From Batkoa obscura (taxonomy: Eukaryota), in the NCBI GenBank assembly GCA_030770535.1, contig JASVEC010000002.1, forward strand, positions 372,001-436,000: a stretch of 64,000 bases of DNA, written 5' to 3'. Each line of letters begins with the position of its first letter. Within the stretch, counting starts at the first letter, position 1. The position numbers and the translations under genes are program-made. Of this stretch, positions 13,170 through 25,663 are shown one piece after another. The notes under the pieces are model-generated. The model ran no database searches and was not told where the DNA came from. It saw nothing but the letters and a program-made list of their open reading frames with translations.

Positions 13170-14010
13170 TCAGAGATTTTTAATAGGAGATCTACCACTT
13201 GTTAGTTTTGATAGTGGATACAGTTATTATTTAGTCGACTATAGTGCCAATAACTTATTTTAATATTTACGATAAATATAGTATACTTATCTTATCACTT
13301 TGACATTTTAATTGTCATTAAAGTTTGTAATTTGAAGTGATATAATCGCCACTTATTCGATAGTTTATCAACGGTGCTTATATTGTTATAGCACTAAATG
13401 TTTTTATTGCTACTCTTGGCATACCACTTCTTGGCACTTTAATGTCTTATCTTAGTGGTATTTGGAAATATCTATAAATTGAAAACTCGGATACGTCAAT
13501 TAATTATGTTAATACCCTTGTTCTAATATTCACAAAACATTAAAAAAATAGCCATTTTGATGGAATTAAACTACTGATTATATCATAGATTTTAAGCTAT
13601 TATTTAAAATTATTTAAAATAATAAATATGTGCATGTTTTCTTCTATCTAAGAATTAAATTACGAATTTTAAATTTAACGCTTAAGTGAAAATGGTCACT
13701 GAAGTAACCCATTTTTATACAACTAATTACACCCCTAAAATAACATGTAAATCTAGACAAAGAACAATCAATGAATTCTATTTTAATACCACCCCTTCTT
13801 TGTTATCATACATTTTTAATTGAACTTTACAGCTTATTTATTTATTGGTGACAGCTCTAATTGTCTCCCATATTTTTTGAATTTGGTTAATAAATCCACT
13901 TTATATTTCAATTACATTATTGATTGGTTAAGTTTTAATTGATCCTTAATAATCACCAGACACTTATTCTTTGTAATCTAAGAAGTCAATTTTAGTTTGA
14001 AAATTGTATT
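13170..14010 (+). pseudogene. Possible relic of a 7TM/GPCR-like membrane protein gene
   Basis: Stop-riddled hydrophobic segments such as WIQLLFSRL, FINGAYIVIALNVFIATLGIPLLGTLMSYLSGIWKYL and VLIDP. Pattern recognition only. Confidence 0.25.
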
Positions 14011-14460
14011 TAAAATCATTTGAAAATTTAAAAAATTAACCTTTTATAGCCAAGTTGGGGGTATGTCAATAAAACTTGGACTAAATTTTAGAATTTCAAA
14101 GTAGCATGTTATTGTTGATACTCAGCTAAAAGGTTGATATTATCTTTACAAAGTTTTATATATAAACGTGAAGTGTCATGCAAATTATTATCAAGTTTTT
14201 ATCTCAAAATATTATATAAAATCTCCGCTTTTAGCATCATGTGGATCTTTTTTCATTAGATTATTGATCATTTTTAAAAAAATTTAAAGGATGAAAAATC
14301 AAATAGTTATACCGTTTATTTTTCTTTTTAATATTAAGAACATTCCTTAACATATCTCTCCTTTGCAATTTTTTGGATATCTGGAAGCACATGATTCAGA
14401 CCATCTTATTTGGGATTATAAAATTAAGGGAGAGGTAAAAAAGCTATTAAAATAAAAGAA

Positions 14461-14543
14461 TCTCACCTCCCGGGATCGAACCAGGGACCGATGGATTGCT
14501 ACTAATTTACAGTCCATCGCTCTTCCAACTGAGCTAAGGTGAG
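14461..14543 (-). tRNA. tRNA-Tyr(GTA) with 10-nt intron
   Basis: Reverse complement gives acceptor stem CTCACCT/AGGTGAG, A-box TAGCTCAGTTGG, anticodon arm ATGGA-CTGTAA-[intron ATTAGTAGCA]-A-TCCAT, and B-box GGTTCGATCC. Confidence 0.95.
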
Positions 14544-14905
14544 GTTTTATTACTCTGATAAATTAATAAATATATTTAATACTATTAAAAGCAGTTTTAA
14601 TTTTTTACTTTTATTGGTTATATTCAATTATGAAAGTTGATACTTGAAACCTGGTTGCTTTATGTTATAAAAACCTGAAAGTCTGAAAAAGAGTTTGCAA
14701 TAACTTGCTAAAAAGTGTATGAAATATAAAAGAGATTTATTTAATAAAACATACAAAAACACCGATATCATAATACTACTTAATTTAATATAGCTAAAAA
14801 AATAAAAGCTGAGAATGCATTCGATATTTAAGATTTAATTATACAAAACATTATATTTTAAACAAAGCTGATAATTAAAAAGTTTTAAACTCTATAATTA
14901 TAATA

Positions 14906-15002
14906 TGGGGATGTACTTTTGTGTTTAAGAATTTTGCTAACAATTTTTCTACTAAAATAGCGCTTAAAAATGGAAAACAATGAAGCCAAAAAAACACCCC
15001 CA
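14906..15002 (+). mobile_element. MITE family A copy
   Basis: TA|TGGGGATG...CACCCCCA|TA. Confidence 0.85.
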
Positions 15003-15337
15003 TATAGTAATTTAAAAGTAGTTGTATTTATAAAATTTTATTTATTTTAAAAATTATTTACACTATTTCTATTATCTCTATTATTCTTATTTTAGGTTTA
15101 TTAAATTATTTAAATAATAAAGCTAAAATCAAATAAAAGTTGAAATTAAAATAAATAAACTATAATTAAGATGAAATAAAAATATAAAAAATATAAAATA
15201 AACTACAAAATTCAAAACCTAGTAAAAAAGCTATAAAAGTTGTGTTTTGTATTAAAGTACAGTATATAAGAATATATTATCAGTTATAAAAAATTATAAC
15301 AAGTTTAAATAAAAAAAACTTTGAAATTAATTATATA

Positions 15338-15436
15338 TGGGAATGTTTTTTTTAACTTCATTATTTTTTCCGTTTTTAAGCGCTATTTACGTGGAAAATC
15401 ATTAGTAAAATTCTTAAACACAAAAATACATCCCCA
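15338..15436 (-). mobile_element. MITE family A copy
   Basis: TA|TGGGAATG...CATCCCCA|TA. Confidence 0.85.
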
Positions 15437-15593
15437 TATATTTAAAAATATATTGAATTTTAATAAGAATTAATAAAAAATTATTGATAATTTCTTAATA
15501 GATTACTTTATTTTACTAATTACTATAATAATGGTATTAAATAAAAAAATTCTTTTATAAAATAAAATCGGATTTAAAGTAGCATTTAACATA

Positions 15594-15696
15594 TAGGGAT
15601 GTGTTTTTTTATGTTTGAGAATTTTACCAACAATCTTTCCACTCAAATAGCACTCAAAAAACGGAAAAGTAATGAAACCAAAAAAAAACATCCTCA
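15594..15696 (+). mobile_element. MITE family A copy
   Basis: TAGGGATG...CATCCTCA with core. Confidence 0.82.
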
Positions 15697-17105
15697 TGTA
15701 TAATTATCTATTAATCAATATTTTACTTATTTTCCGCTTTTTTATTAACAGTGTAATTTATTTAAAACAAACTCTATAAAATGTAGTATATTATAAAGGT
15801 TCTTAAAAATTGATAGTTAACTAAAATATAAAAACTATAGTATTGTTTTGTTATAAAAATCAAATCAAATATTTCCAAGTTAATAAATATAATATTAATT
15901 CTATAGGACTTTATTTAATTTATCGATATTTGATAAAAATATCGAGGGAGTATTAAATACTGTAAATTATAAATTTTATTATATTTTAAATACAAAATAT
16001 TAAGCAAACTTAATGTAGCTTTATAATTTTTACTAAATTAATAATTAACTTGACTACAAAACCTAGATTATTGCTTCAATTGATAAATAAAGTTGAAAAT
16101 TTCTAATTATAGAAATATACAATTAAAACATTACAAATTAGAGTTAAATATCTAATTACCAAAAGCTATTTTATACTTCTAAATCAGAAATAATCGCATT
16201 TAAGTACACAGCAACTATTCTAAGTAATATCTATTTTAATAGGAAAAAAAAAAAGCCTGTTTTTTATATTATACGGGATATTCTCATTTATTTATTTGCC
16301 AAATAAATAAATGGATAGATGTATTATTACATAATAACAATTTAATTGTAAGTGCTATAGTATTTTAACGTCTATTCTATATTAGAAAACTTACATGTTT
16401 AGTAGAATAGAACCATAGTAAATGGTTCGCTTTTACTTTACATACAAAGGGAATTTACAAGTTTCTTTAATAATTTTGAATGGTTACAAGTGATCAATAG
16501 TAATATTGTGTTGTCACTATTTCGTTTATTATTTAATGTAGTTAACGTTAGCCAAACCTAACATTTTGATTACTTTTATATCTTTTATTAATATAAAGCA
16601 AGCTTACCTTATTAATATAATATATCTAAATACTACAACTAAGTAATAATGTTCTAAACTTCAAAGCACTACCAATAATTTTATTTTATTAATAAACTTT
16701 GTGGTTCAACTAAACTAATAGCGATTATTTACAAATTTAGCTTGAATGTTAGATAAAAATTCTATTAAAGCGAATAATAATTGATGTTTAACAAGTTTCA
16801 ACTTGAATGTTAATAGAAATAAAAGTCACCACAAGGTTATGTTATTAATGGAAGTTCTTTGATAAAAGCCAACAACAGAAATTGTATTAGCAAAAGTATC
16901 CATTTTTTATAACTGGAATAAGATTCTAGTTGGGGAGTATGAGTTTTAAAAAAGTAAGGCTATTAATTATATAATAATGAATCTTTGCTTTTTGGATTAG
17001 TTATTTTATATTTTTATATTGAGGATAAGTTAGTATGATAATGAATAGTCCAATCTGCTTACTAATTAGAAGAAAAAAATAAAATCAAAATGATGATTTT
17101 ATTAA

Positions 17106-17206
17106 TAGGGATGTTTTTTTTGGTTTCATCACTTTTTCCATTTTTAAAGCGCCATTTAAGCGGAAAAGTTGCTAGTAAAATTCTCAAACAAAAAAGTACA
17201 TCCTCA
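17106..17206 (-). mobile_element. MITE family A copy
   Basis: TAGGGATG...CATCCTCA with reversed core. Confidence 0.82.
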
Positions 17207-17627
17207 TATTTTTTTTCGAAATTCCAGCATGCTGTTTTTTTTTAGTAATTTTCATTAAACTTATTTAAAATTTGGTTACATAAAAAGTGCACAAAATATC
17301 ATAACAAAAAACATTGCAAGATCAATTGATTTGTTTTTTGGTTAGTATTACCCTACATTGTATATAAGAAACTTTTCCCCCAAGTAACTAATTCTATTCA
17401 AAAAGATAGTTTGAAATAAGATGAAAATTTAAGTCTAATGAAGAGGGTAGTTGGTTTGTTATAATATTTATAAATGATTAATAATATTGATTTATTTTTA
17501 AAGGTAGAAATTGGAAAGTTATTAAAAGACAGCTTTTATAAGCGTGTTATGCTTTTATTAATTTGTATTATAAACAAGGGATTATACATAAATAGAGGAC
17601 ATAAGAAAGGCTCAAACGAGCGGTGAA

Positions 17628-18011
17628 TTAAAAAGAAAGCATTTTACAAGTATTCATAGTGGAAGCCCAATAGTGAGAGAAAACGGACTTGGCGTTTGGA
17701 TTTTCACAGTGAAACTTAATATCTAATTCATTAGAACCAGAGGATGGAGAAGATCTTGAAGAATCTTGATTTATAAGATCAATAACAAAGTCAGCTTCTT
17801 TTTCCTTTGAACTCTGTGGTAGATCTAATTTGCCATCCTTTGCCCTTCGATTTTGAAACCAAACTTGAAGTTTACGTTGCTCTACGCCAATTCGGTTGGC
17901 TAATTCTTTTCGCAATTTTAAACTGGGTCGGGAGGTTTCTTGATAGATTGTTTCTAATAAGTTTAGTTCACTTTTGGCTAACCGGAAACGTAACTCTTTT
18001 TTTGAAGTCAT
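17628..18011 (-). CDS. Small homeodomain transcription factor (tandem copy 1)
   Basis: N-terminal homeodomain with helix 3 LQVWFQNRRAK, C-terminal FSHYWASTMNTCKMLSF, TATA box about 60 bp upstream, intronless. Confidence 0.92.
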   Translation of the reverse strand: MTSKKELRFRLAKSELNLLETIYQETSRPSLKLRKELANRIGVEQRKLQVWFQNRRAKDGKLDLPQSSKEKEADFVIDLINQDSSRSSPSSGSNELDIKFHCENPNAKSVFSHYWASTMNTCKMLSF

Positions 18012-19084
18012 TTAGTTAATTTATAATTGTAATTAAAAACAAATTCCATCCAAATGTAAAATCGAATCGATTTATATACCCTTATTGAATCATAACTTAA
18101 TTAATAAAATATATATATGAATTGAGTTATGATCATATTTTAAATGCTTATCAACTCAAATGGAATATTAACTTTTTAAAAATATATGTCTCGGTACTTT
18201 CTAATTTAAGATCGAATAATATCATCAATAAAATATTTTATATAGAATGGCTTGAAGTTAATATAAAGCTACCAATCAATTGATAGGAAACAAAACTAGG
18301 TTAATTCAAACAATCAATGTTCTGTTCCACTGGATTCCTAATTTCTATTTCTACTTTATAAATCTATTAGCTTGGCTTAAAGTTTTGATTTTTTGATTGA
18401 TGAATAAGTTATTTAGAAAATAGCAGATTGTTTAGTATTTAAAATAAAATTAGAAGTTAGAATTAAGGCATAAGGTAGTCAGATAGTATATTAAATTTCA
18501 TAAATCGTATGAGATGAATAGCTTACTCATTATGTTTTAAAGACATTACGAGTTCAAAAGCCTTCTTAAAATACACTGAAATACAATGGTTCTTTATTTC
18601 GTTGTATTATTAAATTTTTTAATTTTATAAGAAAATTCAAACCTTTGGTCTAGAACTTTACCATTAACGGGAAATGGATTCCTTATAAGGACATATTTTT
18701 GATTTTGTGGCATACACTTCTCATATAAAGTTAATATACTATTTGAGATAATAGCTTATCCATTAAGATAATGCTTTAAAGCTACCGCTCTAACCGGAAC
18801 TATTCTTAACCAACAAATTTTTATTGAAAATACAACTATCATATAAAATTTGACTTAAAACTCAATTTAATTAATTAGGTGTAGTTTGGTAAACTAAGGT
18901 TGATGTGATACATAATACGCAATTTTCATCCTTAAAGAACTTGTTTAACAATGACTTATCTTTAATTCTGGTGACATTGTCTTTATATCAAGTAACATAT
19001 AGAATATAGGCTGAGGTCATAAATCTGATTTTGCTGGTTTGTATAATAGCTAATGATATACTCAATTGGTTTACATGATATATA

Positions 19085-19186
19085 TGAGGGTGTTTTTTTG
19101 ACTTCATTACTTTTTCCATCTTTTAAGCGCTACTTTAGAAGAAAAATTGTTAATAAAATTGTTAAATATAAAAATACATTCCCCTA
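19085..19186 (-). mobile_element. MITE family A copy
   Basis: TGAGGGTG...CATTCCCCTA, TA flanks. Confidence 0.8.
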
Positions 19187-19273
19187 TATTATTTTATTAT
19201 TAGTTAATAATTTGTCCTAATTTCAAGTTGAGAAAAGGGAAAAAGAGTAAAGTGAAGAAAAAACATATCCATA

Positions 19274-19370
19274 TGGGGATGTGTTTTTTTGTTTAAGAAT
19301 TTTACTACAATCTTTCCACTCAAATAGCGCTTAAAATGGAAAAATAATGAAACTAAAAAAAACAGTCCCA
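19274..19370 (+). mobile_element. MITE family A copy
   Basis: TA|TGGGGATG...CAGTCCCA|TA, preceded by a degenerate half copy. Confidence 0.83.
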
Positions 19371-20216
19371 TATAATGCTTTATTTGGGCTATAAAAGCCC
19401 ACAACTGATTTATTAGACCTAAAGAGCCATAAAGTACTATCTAATTGTATTTATTAAGGATATGATCTATATGTACCTTTTAGCCATTTCTATTCAGGAA
19501 AAATAAGATACTCTATTATAAGGCTATTTAACTCGTTACTTATAATGAAGCTATTATGCTAAAATTCAAGGGATAGTAAAAAACTATTCATAATATTGTT
19601 TATTGCCATCAAATGAGAGTAACTATTTTTGATGACTATAAATAACGTAAATGAGAATAACAAGGTCATAAATAACTATGGTATAATAAATTGAAGAGTG
19701 AAAATATACTTAAAATGAAAGAATATAAAATGGTTCACTAATAATTAGGTAATCATAAGTTTGTATATTTAAAATTTATTACGGTGTAATAAAAAAGGAC
19801 TAATTAATTATGTTCAAAAAAAGGATTATTTTAACTATATTTGTAAGTTTAATGTACAAATATAGAATTTAATCATTTTTATGATATAGTTTATTTAAAA
19901 TAGCTATTTAAAATTAATATAAAGATAAAAAGTCTAGACTTTTATTGAGTCTAACTTTATTACTCCAGTTTTATTTTAAAGTCCACAAAAGAACACTTGA
20001 TAATTTGAAATACAATTAAATAAGGGAGGTAAGTAAAATAATATTTCAATAATAATAGCTTTAATGAGTTTAAAAGTATTTATAAAATTTAAGTCAGACA
20101 CTTACTTTAAAACACGAAACGTTATTTATTTGATTTAAAATGATTACAAAAGGATAATAAAATACGAAGAGGATAAATATAAAGAAAGAGGGTAATTGTT
20201 AAATTAGGAAGATAAA

Positions 20217-20609
20217 TCAAAACTTAAATATTCTACAACTATTCATTGTTGAGGCCCAATAATGGGAAAATACTCTTTTTACATTTGGATCATCACTTTG
20301 AATTATTATTATATTGTCATCCATGGATTCTTCTTCTGAATTGGTTGTGCTAATGTCAGGACTATCCAAAGGATTTGTAGCTTTATTATTTACATAAGCT
20401 AACTCATTGGAAATTAACCGCTTTTCTCTATTATCCTTAGCCCGACGATTTTGAAACCAAATTTGGATCTTACGTTGCTCTATTCCCATCCTTGAAGCTA
20501 ACTCTTTCCTTGTTTTTAAACTAGGTCGTGGGTTATTGTTATATAAGGCTTCTAACATATTTACGTGACTATCGAGTAGTCGAAAACGAAATTGATTGGG
20601 TTCATGCAT
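20217..20609 (-). CDS. Small homeodomain transcription factor (tandem copy 2)
   Basis: IQIWFQNRRAK, C-terminal FSHYWASTMNSCRIFKF, TATAAATA about 55 bp upstream, intronless. Confidence 0.92.
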   Translation of the reverse strand: MHEPNQFRFRLLDSHVNMLEALYNNNPRPSLKTRKELASRMGIEQRKIQIWFQNRRAKDNREKRLISNELAYVNNKATNPLDSPDISTTNSEEESMDDNIIIIQSDDPNVKRVFSHYWASTMNSCRIFKF

Positions 20610-20935
20610 CTTTTAATTTCAATATTAAAAAAATATAAAACGACATGGTTCTCATTGTTGGTATTTATACTTCTTTTTGATCATTTTTTTTAATTTATTA
20701 CTTTTTATTATTGGCACCCTTACAATTATTTTACATAATTTAATACTTATTAAATGTAGTTTTGATTAAGTTTTTTAAAAATCTAGACAAACAACTCAAG
20801 AATTTCAAAGTAGTAAAATAAATTAGGCTAAATATATAAATATAGAATATCATCTCATTACAATAGTTTAACTATTTTCAACTAATTATGAAATGTAATA
20901 GCCAGTATTACATTATTTTGCAACTATTTAATATA

Positions 20936-21036
20936 TGGGGATGTATTTTTGTGTTTAAGAATTTTATTAATAGCTTTCCCACTCAAATAGCGCTTAAAAA
21001 ATGGAAAAAGTAATGAAGTCAAAAAAAACATCCCCA
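20936..21036 (+). mobile_element. MITE family A copy (near-consensus)
   Basis: TA|TGGGGATGTATTTTT...AAAAAAACATCCCCA|TA, the best-preserved TIR pair. Confidence 0.9.
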
Positions 21037-23381
21037 TATCTTCTATTACTGAATTAAGTGAAGGGATTTTGTTTTATCAGCTAAATAAATTTAGCAATGG
21101 TTAGAGGTTTAGTGACATTTTTGTTTACACTTTAAGAACCTTTTTAGTGTTGTTTTCAATAATAATAAGTGAAGATATTTTAAACAAGACATAAGAGTCA
21201 TACTTGCTATAGTCTGGATTTAATGAAGTATTAACTGTTGTTACATTAATAAAGTTTAAAGATCATTAAGGCAAAATCATGAAATATTTCATTAATAGAA
21301 TCTACGCGTTAAATAAATTTTATTGTAAATAAATTTATTATATAATTCGCCTTTTAGCGTATATTGCTAAATATATTTTAAATTACAAAGATTAATAAAA
21401 CTACTCATCGATTTTTTATAGTTCACTCATTGATATAAATATATATGAAATAGAATAACTATTGCTTAATTTAAATTTTTATAATAAAGACTATTTAGCA
21501 ACAATCAAAGTTAACAACTAAAAATCTTTTATTAATATTAATTTAGCCTAATTATAAATATAGATGATTTTTAATTCCGCTTTTAAACTTGATGTATTTA
21601 CTTTGATTCTTTCTAGTCATTCAGAGTTCTTAGTTTTGACTTTATAGAAACTAACATCAAAGTTTGCATAGCTATATGCATCACTGAAATAAGTCAGTGC
21701 TATGATTATTTTTTTACGATTTATTTTAAAGCAGAAGTAAAAGGTAGGTATTTAAAACATTAACAATTTGTTAACATCTATTTAGACAGAACATCTAGTT
21801 CAACCATTTTTTATCAATTCTATTATATTATAAATTTAAGCCTTAAAATACAGAATTTTAAATCATCTTATATATCAACTTTAACTTAATTTTGGTTGAA
21901 CCATATATCATGATAATAAGCTATCATATTTTTTTGTTTTTAATAAACGCGATAGAATAGTAAGCTTGATGCTTCGTAAAAGTATAAATATGGTTTATTT
22001 CCACTTATTGGTAAGCAATAATTAAGTATTTAAGTCATATTTCGGTAAAATAAATTTTGAGCGTAAATTTACATAATTGAAAGTGTAATATCTAATTTTG
22101 GGTTTTTAGTTTACAAAAAAAGTTTAACTGAATGCCTTAATCATAACCAAAGCTCCGTAATCAAGTTATTATCAAGTAGTGATAATGTAAATTTACAATT
22201 TTAGACTAATTACCCTTATATCTACTAGCATTTAGATATGGGGTCATATTATTTTATGAAAAATTGTTTCATTTGTAATTGTATACTGCTTAGCTAATGT
22301 ATTTGGTTATAAAGCGTTAGAATTCAAACAGATTGAATAGAATGTCTCTAACTTTCAGATAAATTAAGACAAAATTTGCCTCCTGTTTTGTATTCTAACT
22401 ACTATCAACTTATTGGTCTTAAAGAAAATTTTCCCCTTGGTGTGTATCTTTCATATTTGGTAGAGGCTGTCTGTTTCTTTACCTTTGAAGAATTAGATTT
22501 TAGTGATATGTGTAGGCTTATATGAAAACTTAAGCTTATATCATTGATTTGTAATAATATTTCATTACCTGTTCTAATGTTATGTGACACATGTTATGGG
22601 TAAATTAATAAAACTTTCCAGTTTGGTTTAGATTAAATCTATAAAATCTATAAGCATCATTTTTTATGTGTATAAAATTATAGAAGATTCATGAGCAAAA
22701 TAATCAAATAAAAACATTATAATATAAGTTTGTTTTAAAATTAAGCCTCAGGTTTCGACTCGTATTCAGTTTTAGACTTGGAATTTCATAGGATTATAAA
22801 ATAGCCTAAAAGTACTAAACTATCTAAATAGTAGTTTGATATACTGGAATGGTTCTTATAGATTATCAATAATTTATAATTCAAGTAATACTACCTATTT
22901 AATTGTTTTATTAACGTTACGTATAAAAGTCAATATTTAAAACTTTAACATTAGGAACTTTCTATAATTGTAAATTTGAAATAAACTTATATTAAGCGAA
23001 AGTAAACAAGAAATTTAATAAATTTAATAAATTTAATAAATTTTAAGGCTAAATAGAATAAATGCGACGTTTTAGCAAATACTTTTTATATTTGTTTATA
23101 GTATTTACTTCTATTAAATATCAGTAGATAGAGGTACTTGTAGTGTTTTTTTGTAGTAAATTTGTATGCTAAAGAAAAAGTGCTTGAGGGAATTTAATGC
23201 TAAGAGTAAATATTAAGTTTGATCCATCCACAATAATTTGATATCGTAAGTTATATTAAATATCAAAATTGATTTCCTTTTTAAACTTATTTTAAATTCA
23301 TATTATGTTGTATTAAAATAATTTTATTGAATGATAATAAAAAAGATAAATAAAAATTAAACAGAGAAATTGGCAAAAAGG

Positions 23382-23768
23382 TTAGAATTGAAGCATTTTA
23401 CAACTATTCATAGTTGAAGCCCAGTAATGCGATAAAATTCTCGTGGTGCTATGCTCTTTGAAGTTGTTTGTTTGAGTGTCCATTGGAGATAGCCCTTCTG
23501 AGCTGACCGAGCTGCAATCAGGGCTACCATGATTCGTAGCTTCGCTATTTAAATGGTTTAAGCTAGCTGTGGTTGATTGCGCTTCCCTGACCTCTTTAGC
23601 TCTACGATTTTGAAACCAGATCTGTACCTTACGCTGTTCAATACCCATTCTTAAAGCTAACTGTTTCCTTATTTTTAAACCAGGTCTGGGGTTTTCATTG
23701 TATAGGGTTTCTAGTAGGTTTATATGACTTTTAAGTAATCTTGGACGAATATCTAAATTTTTTGCCAT
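23382..23768 (-). CDS. Small homeodomain transcription factor (tandem copy 3)
   Basis: VQIWFQNRRAK, C-terminal LSHYWASTMNSCKMLQF, TATA box about 41 bp upstream, intronless. Confidence 0.92.
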   Translation of the reverse strand: MAKNLDIRPRLLKSHINLLETLYNENPRPGLKIRKQLALRMGIEQRKVQIWFQNRRAKEVREAQSTTASLNHLNSEATNHGSPDCSSVSSEGLSPMDTQTNNFKEHSTTRILSHYWASTMNSCKMLQF

Positions 23769-24359
23769 TATACAGTAAATTCAAGTTTATATCAATGATT
23801 TTTTATTATTTATATACCCTATGTTTTATATTTTTACATTAAAACTCCCATTTCACCAACACAAAAAATTGTATTAATCCGAGTTATGATTAACATTACA
23901 AGCATATTCCTATAAATGCTTATATTAATAACCTCGACCATTTCTTTATTTGTCTTCCAAGAGTTAAAATAGAAACTATAACTATGAATCTGGCTGTGTA
24001 ATAACCTGTTTTATTGATTTTAGCGATAATATGGCCTTAAAATCTAATATTGTTACTAAGTAGTATTTAGCTGTTTTTTTATTAAATCCTCTTCTATACT
24101 TTTTAGGGAATTTTCATTTAATTTTTATCACATAAATTGTATTAGAAATAAAAAGGCTTTAAGTTATAACAACATCGCCTTATCTCCCTTCATTACTTTC
24201 CTTCCTTTTCTGAGTTTTTACAATTTTTTTACATTGCGCGTTAATCATATAAATTAAATAGGTTAATTTTGCTTATTCATATTTAATACTGCTTTTATTA
24301 ATAAATTTAATATTGTATCACTTTAAAAATCGATTTTAGAAAACAATTAATTAAGCATA

Positions 24360-24460
24360 TGGGTATGTATTTTTGTATTTAAGAATTTTACTAGCAATTT
24401 TTCCACTCAAATAGGACTTGAAAAATGGAAAAAGTAATGAAATAAAAAAAAACACCCCAA
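24360..24460 (+). mobile_element. MITE family A copy
   Basis: TGGGTATG...CACCCCAA with core. Confidence 0.82.
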
Positions 24461-25120
24461 TATAGTTACCTATCTAATATGAAATAAAATACTTGGCGTT
24501 TTTGTTTTAAAGTCGAAAAATAAAAATATCAAATTAAATATAATATTTGGACTTTATTTTTCACTGTTATATGAACCTTTGATTATTATATTGTAATATT
24601 GTAATGCGATAAATACAATCCTATTTTTCCAACGATAGTTACTAAACTAAGCAATCTAATTCACTATTTGTCAACCTTAAAATAGTTAATGCTTCGAATC
24701 ATAAAGGTCAATAAGGAGGAAAAATAGATTATGCTTGGTAAGGATTTTTTACGTATTGAGCCAATATACTCATAGGCGCCTTAGACACTGTGATTTATCA
24801 ATATGAGTGTATGCTTGTGTCTGCCTTTCAAGCCAAAACTACATAAAAAAAACTGAGCATAATCATACATTTGCCCACTTCGGGAGATTTGCAGAATATT
24901 ATTTGTGAAATAATTTTTAAAAATTGATGTTTGGAGTTCTACAATTTTAAATTAGTTTATATTGATATTCGGAATTAAAGTAAAGCCCTTTTTTCAAACA
25001 GCGACCATATATTATCTTAACTTTATTTTGAAATGTAAGATTGTTTCTAAAGTAATTTCTCTTTTTGGGCAAATTCACTATCACAAGGATACAAAATTGC
25101 TATGGTTAAGCTTTTTTATA

Positions 25121-25216
25121 TAGGGATCCATTTTTTGTTTAAGAATTTATAAATAATTTTTCCACTCAAGCAATGTTTAAGAAATGAAAAAAGTGATGAA
25201 ATAAAAAACACCCTCA
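25121..25216 (+). mobile_element. MITE family A copy (degenerate)
   Basis: TAGGGATC...CACCCTCA with core. Confidence 0.72.
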
Positions 25217-25663
25217 TATGACTTTTCTTAAATATAAAAGCACCTATTATAATTAGCAGTCTTTTCATTATTTTTGCCCCAAAAAGGAGATTACTTTAGA
25301 AATAATCTGGGGCCTCCTCTAGTGTAGCTGTAGCCATCCGCTATAAAAAATTTCTTTAAAACATAATGTCTTAAATTAATTTTTATTGCTTCTAAAATTT
25401 AGATCTTATTAAAAAATTAGTTTTAATAACAAACCAAGATCGGCCCCATCCAGAAAAAACAAAAGTAAGATGGTGGAGAAAAAAATATCAACACCAAAGT
25501 TTTGAACTAATTTACTGGATTGCCTAAATTTTTAAAAAAAGGTGGAGATTAAAATTTAATTTAAGATTGTTTTGAATTGATATTTCTCAAAAACTACGCC
25601 ACAATATTTTGATTTAAAATAAATTTTCATTCATAATCTTTCTTCACAACGTTAACTTTTAAA

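Noticed and set aside
15503..15697. Short ORFs sharing YLSGKIV.K.L..K.THP (also 19204-19404, 42590-42772 and antisense 42500-42736) that look like a peptide family
   Set aside because: The similarity comes from translation through MITE family A copies, and the frames are not preserved in most copies.
19085..24460. MITEs upstream of each homeobox gene as co-opted regulatory elements
   Set aside because: At about one copy per 2.4 kb such proximity is expected by chance, and distances and orientations differ.
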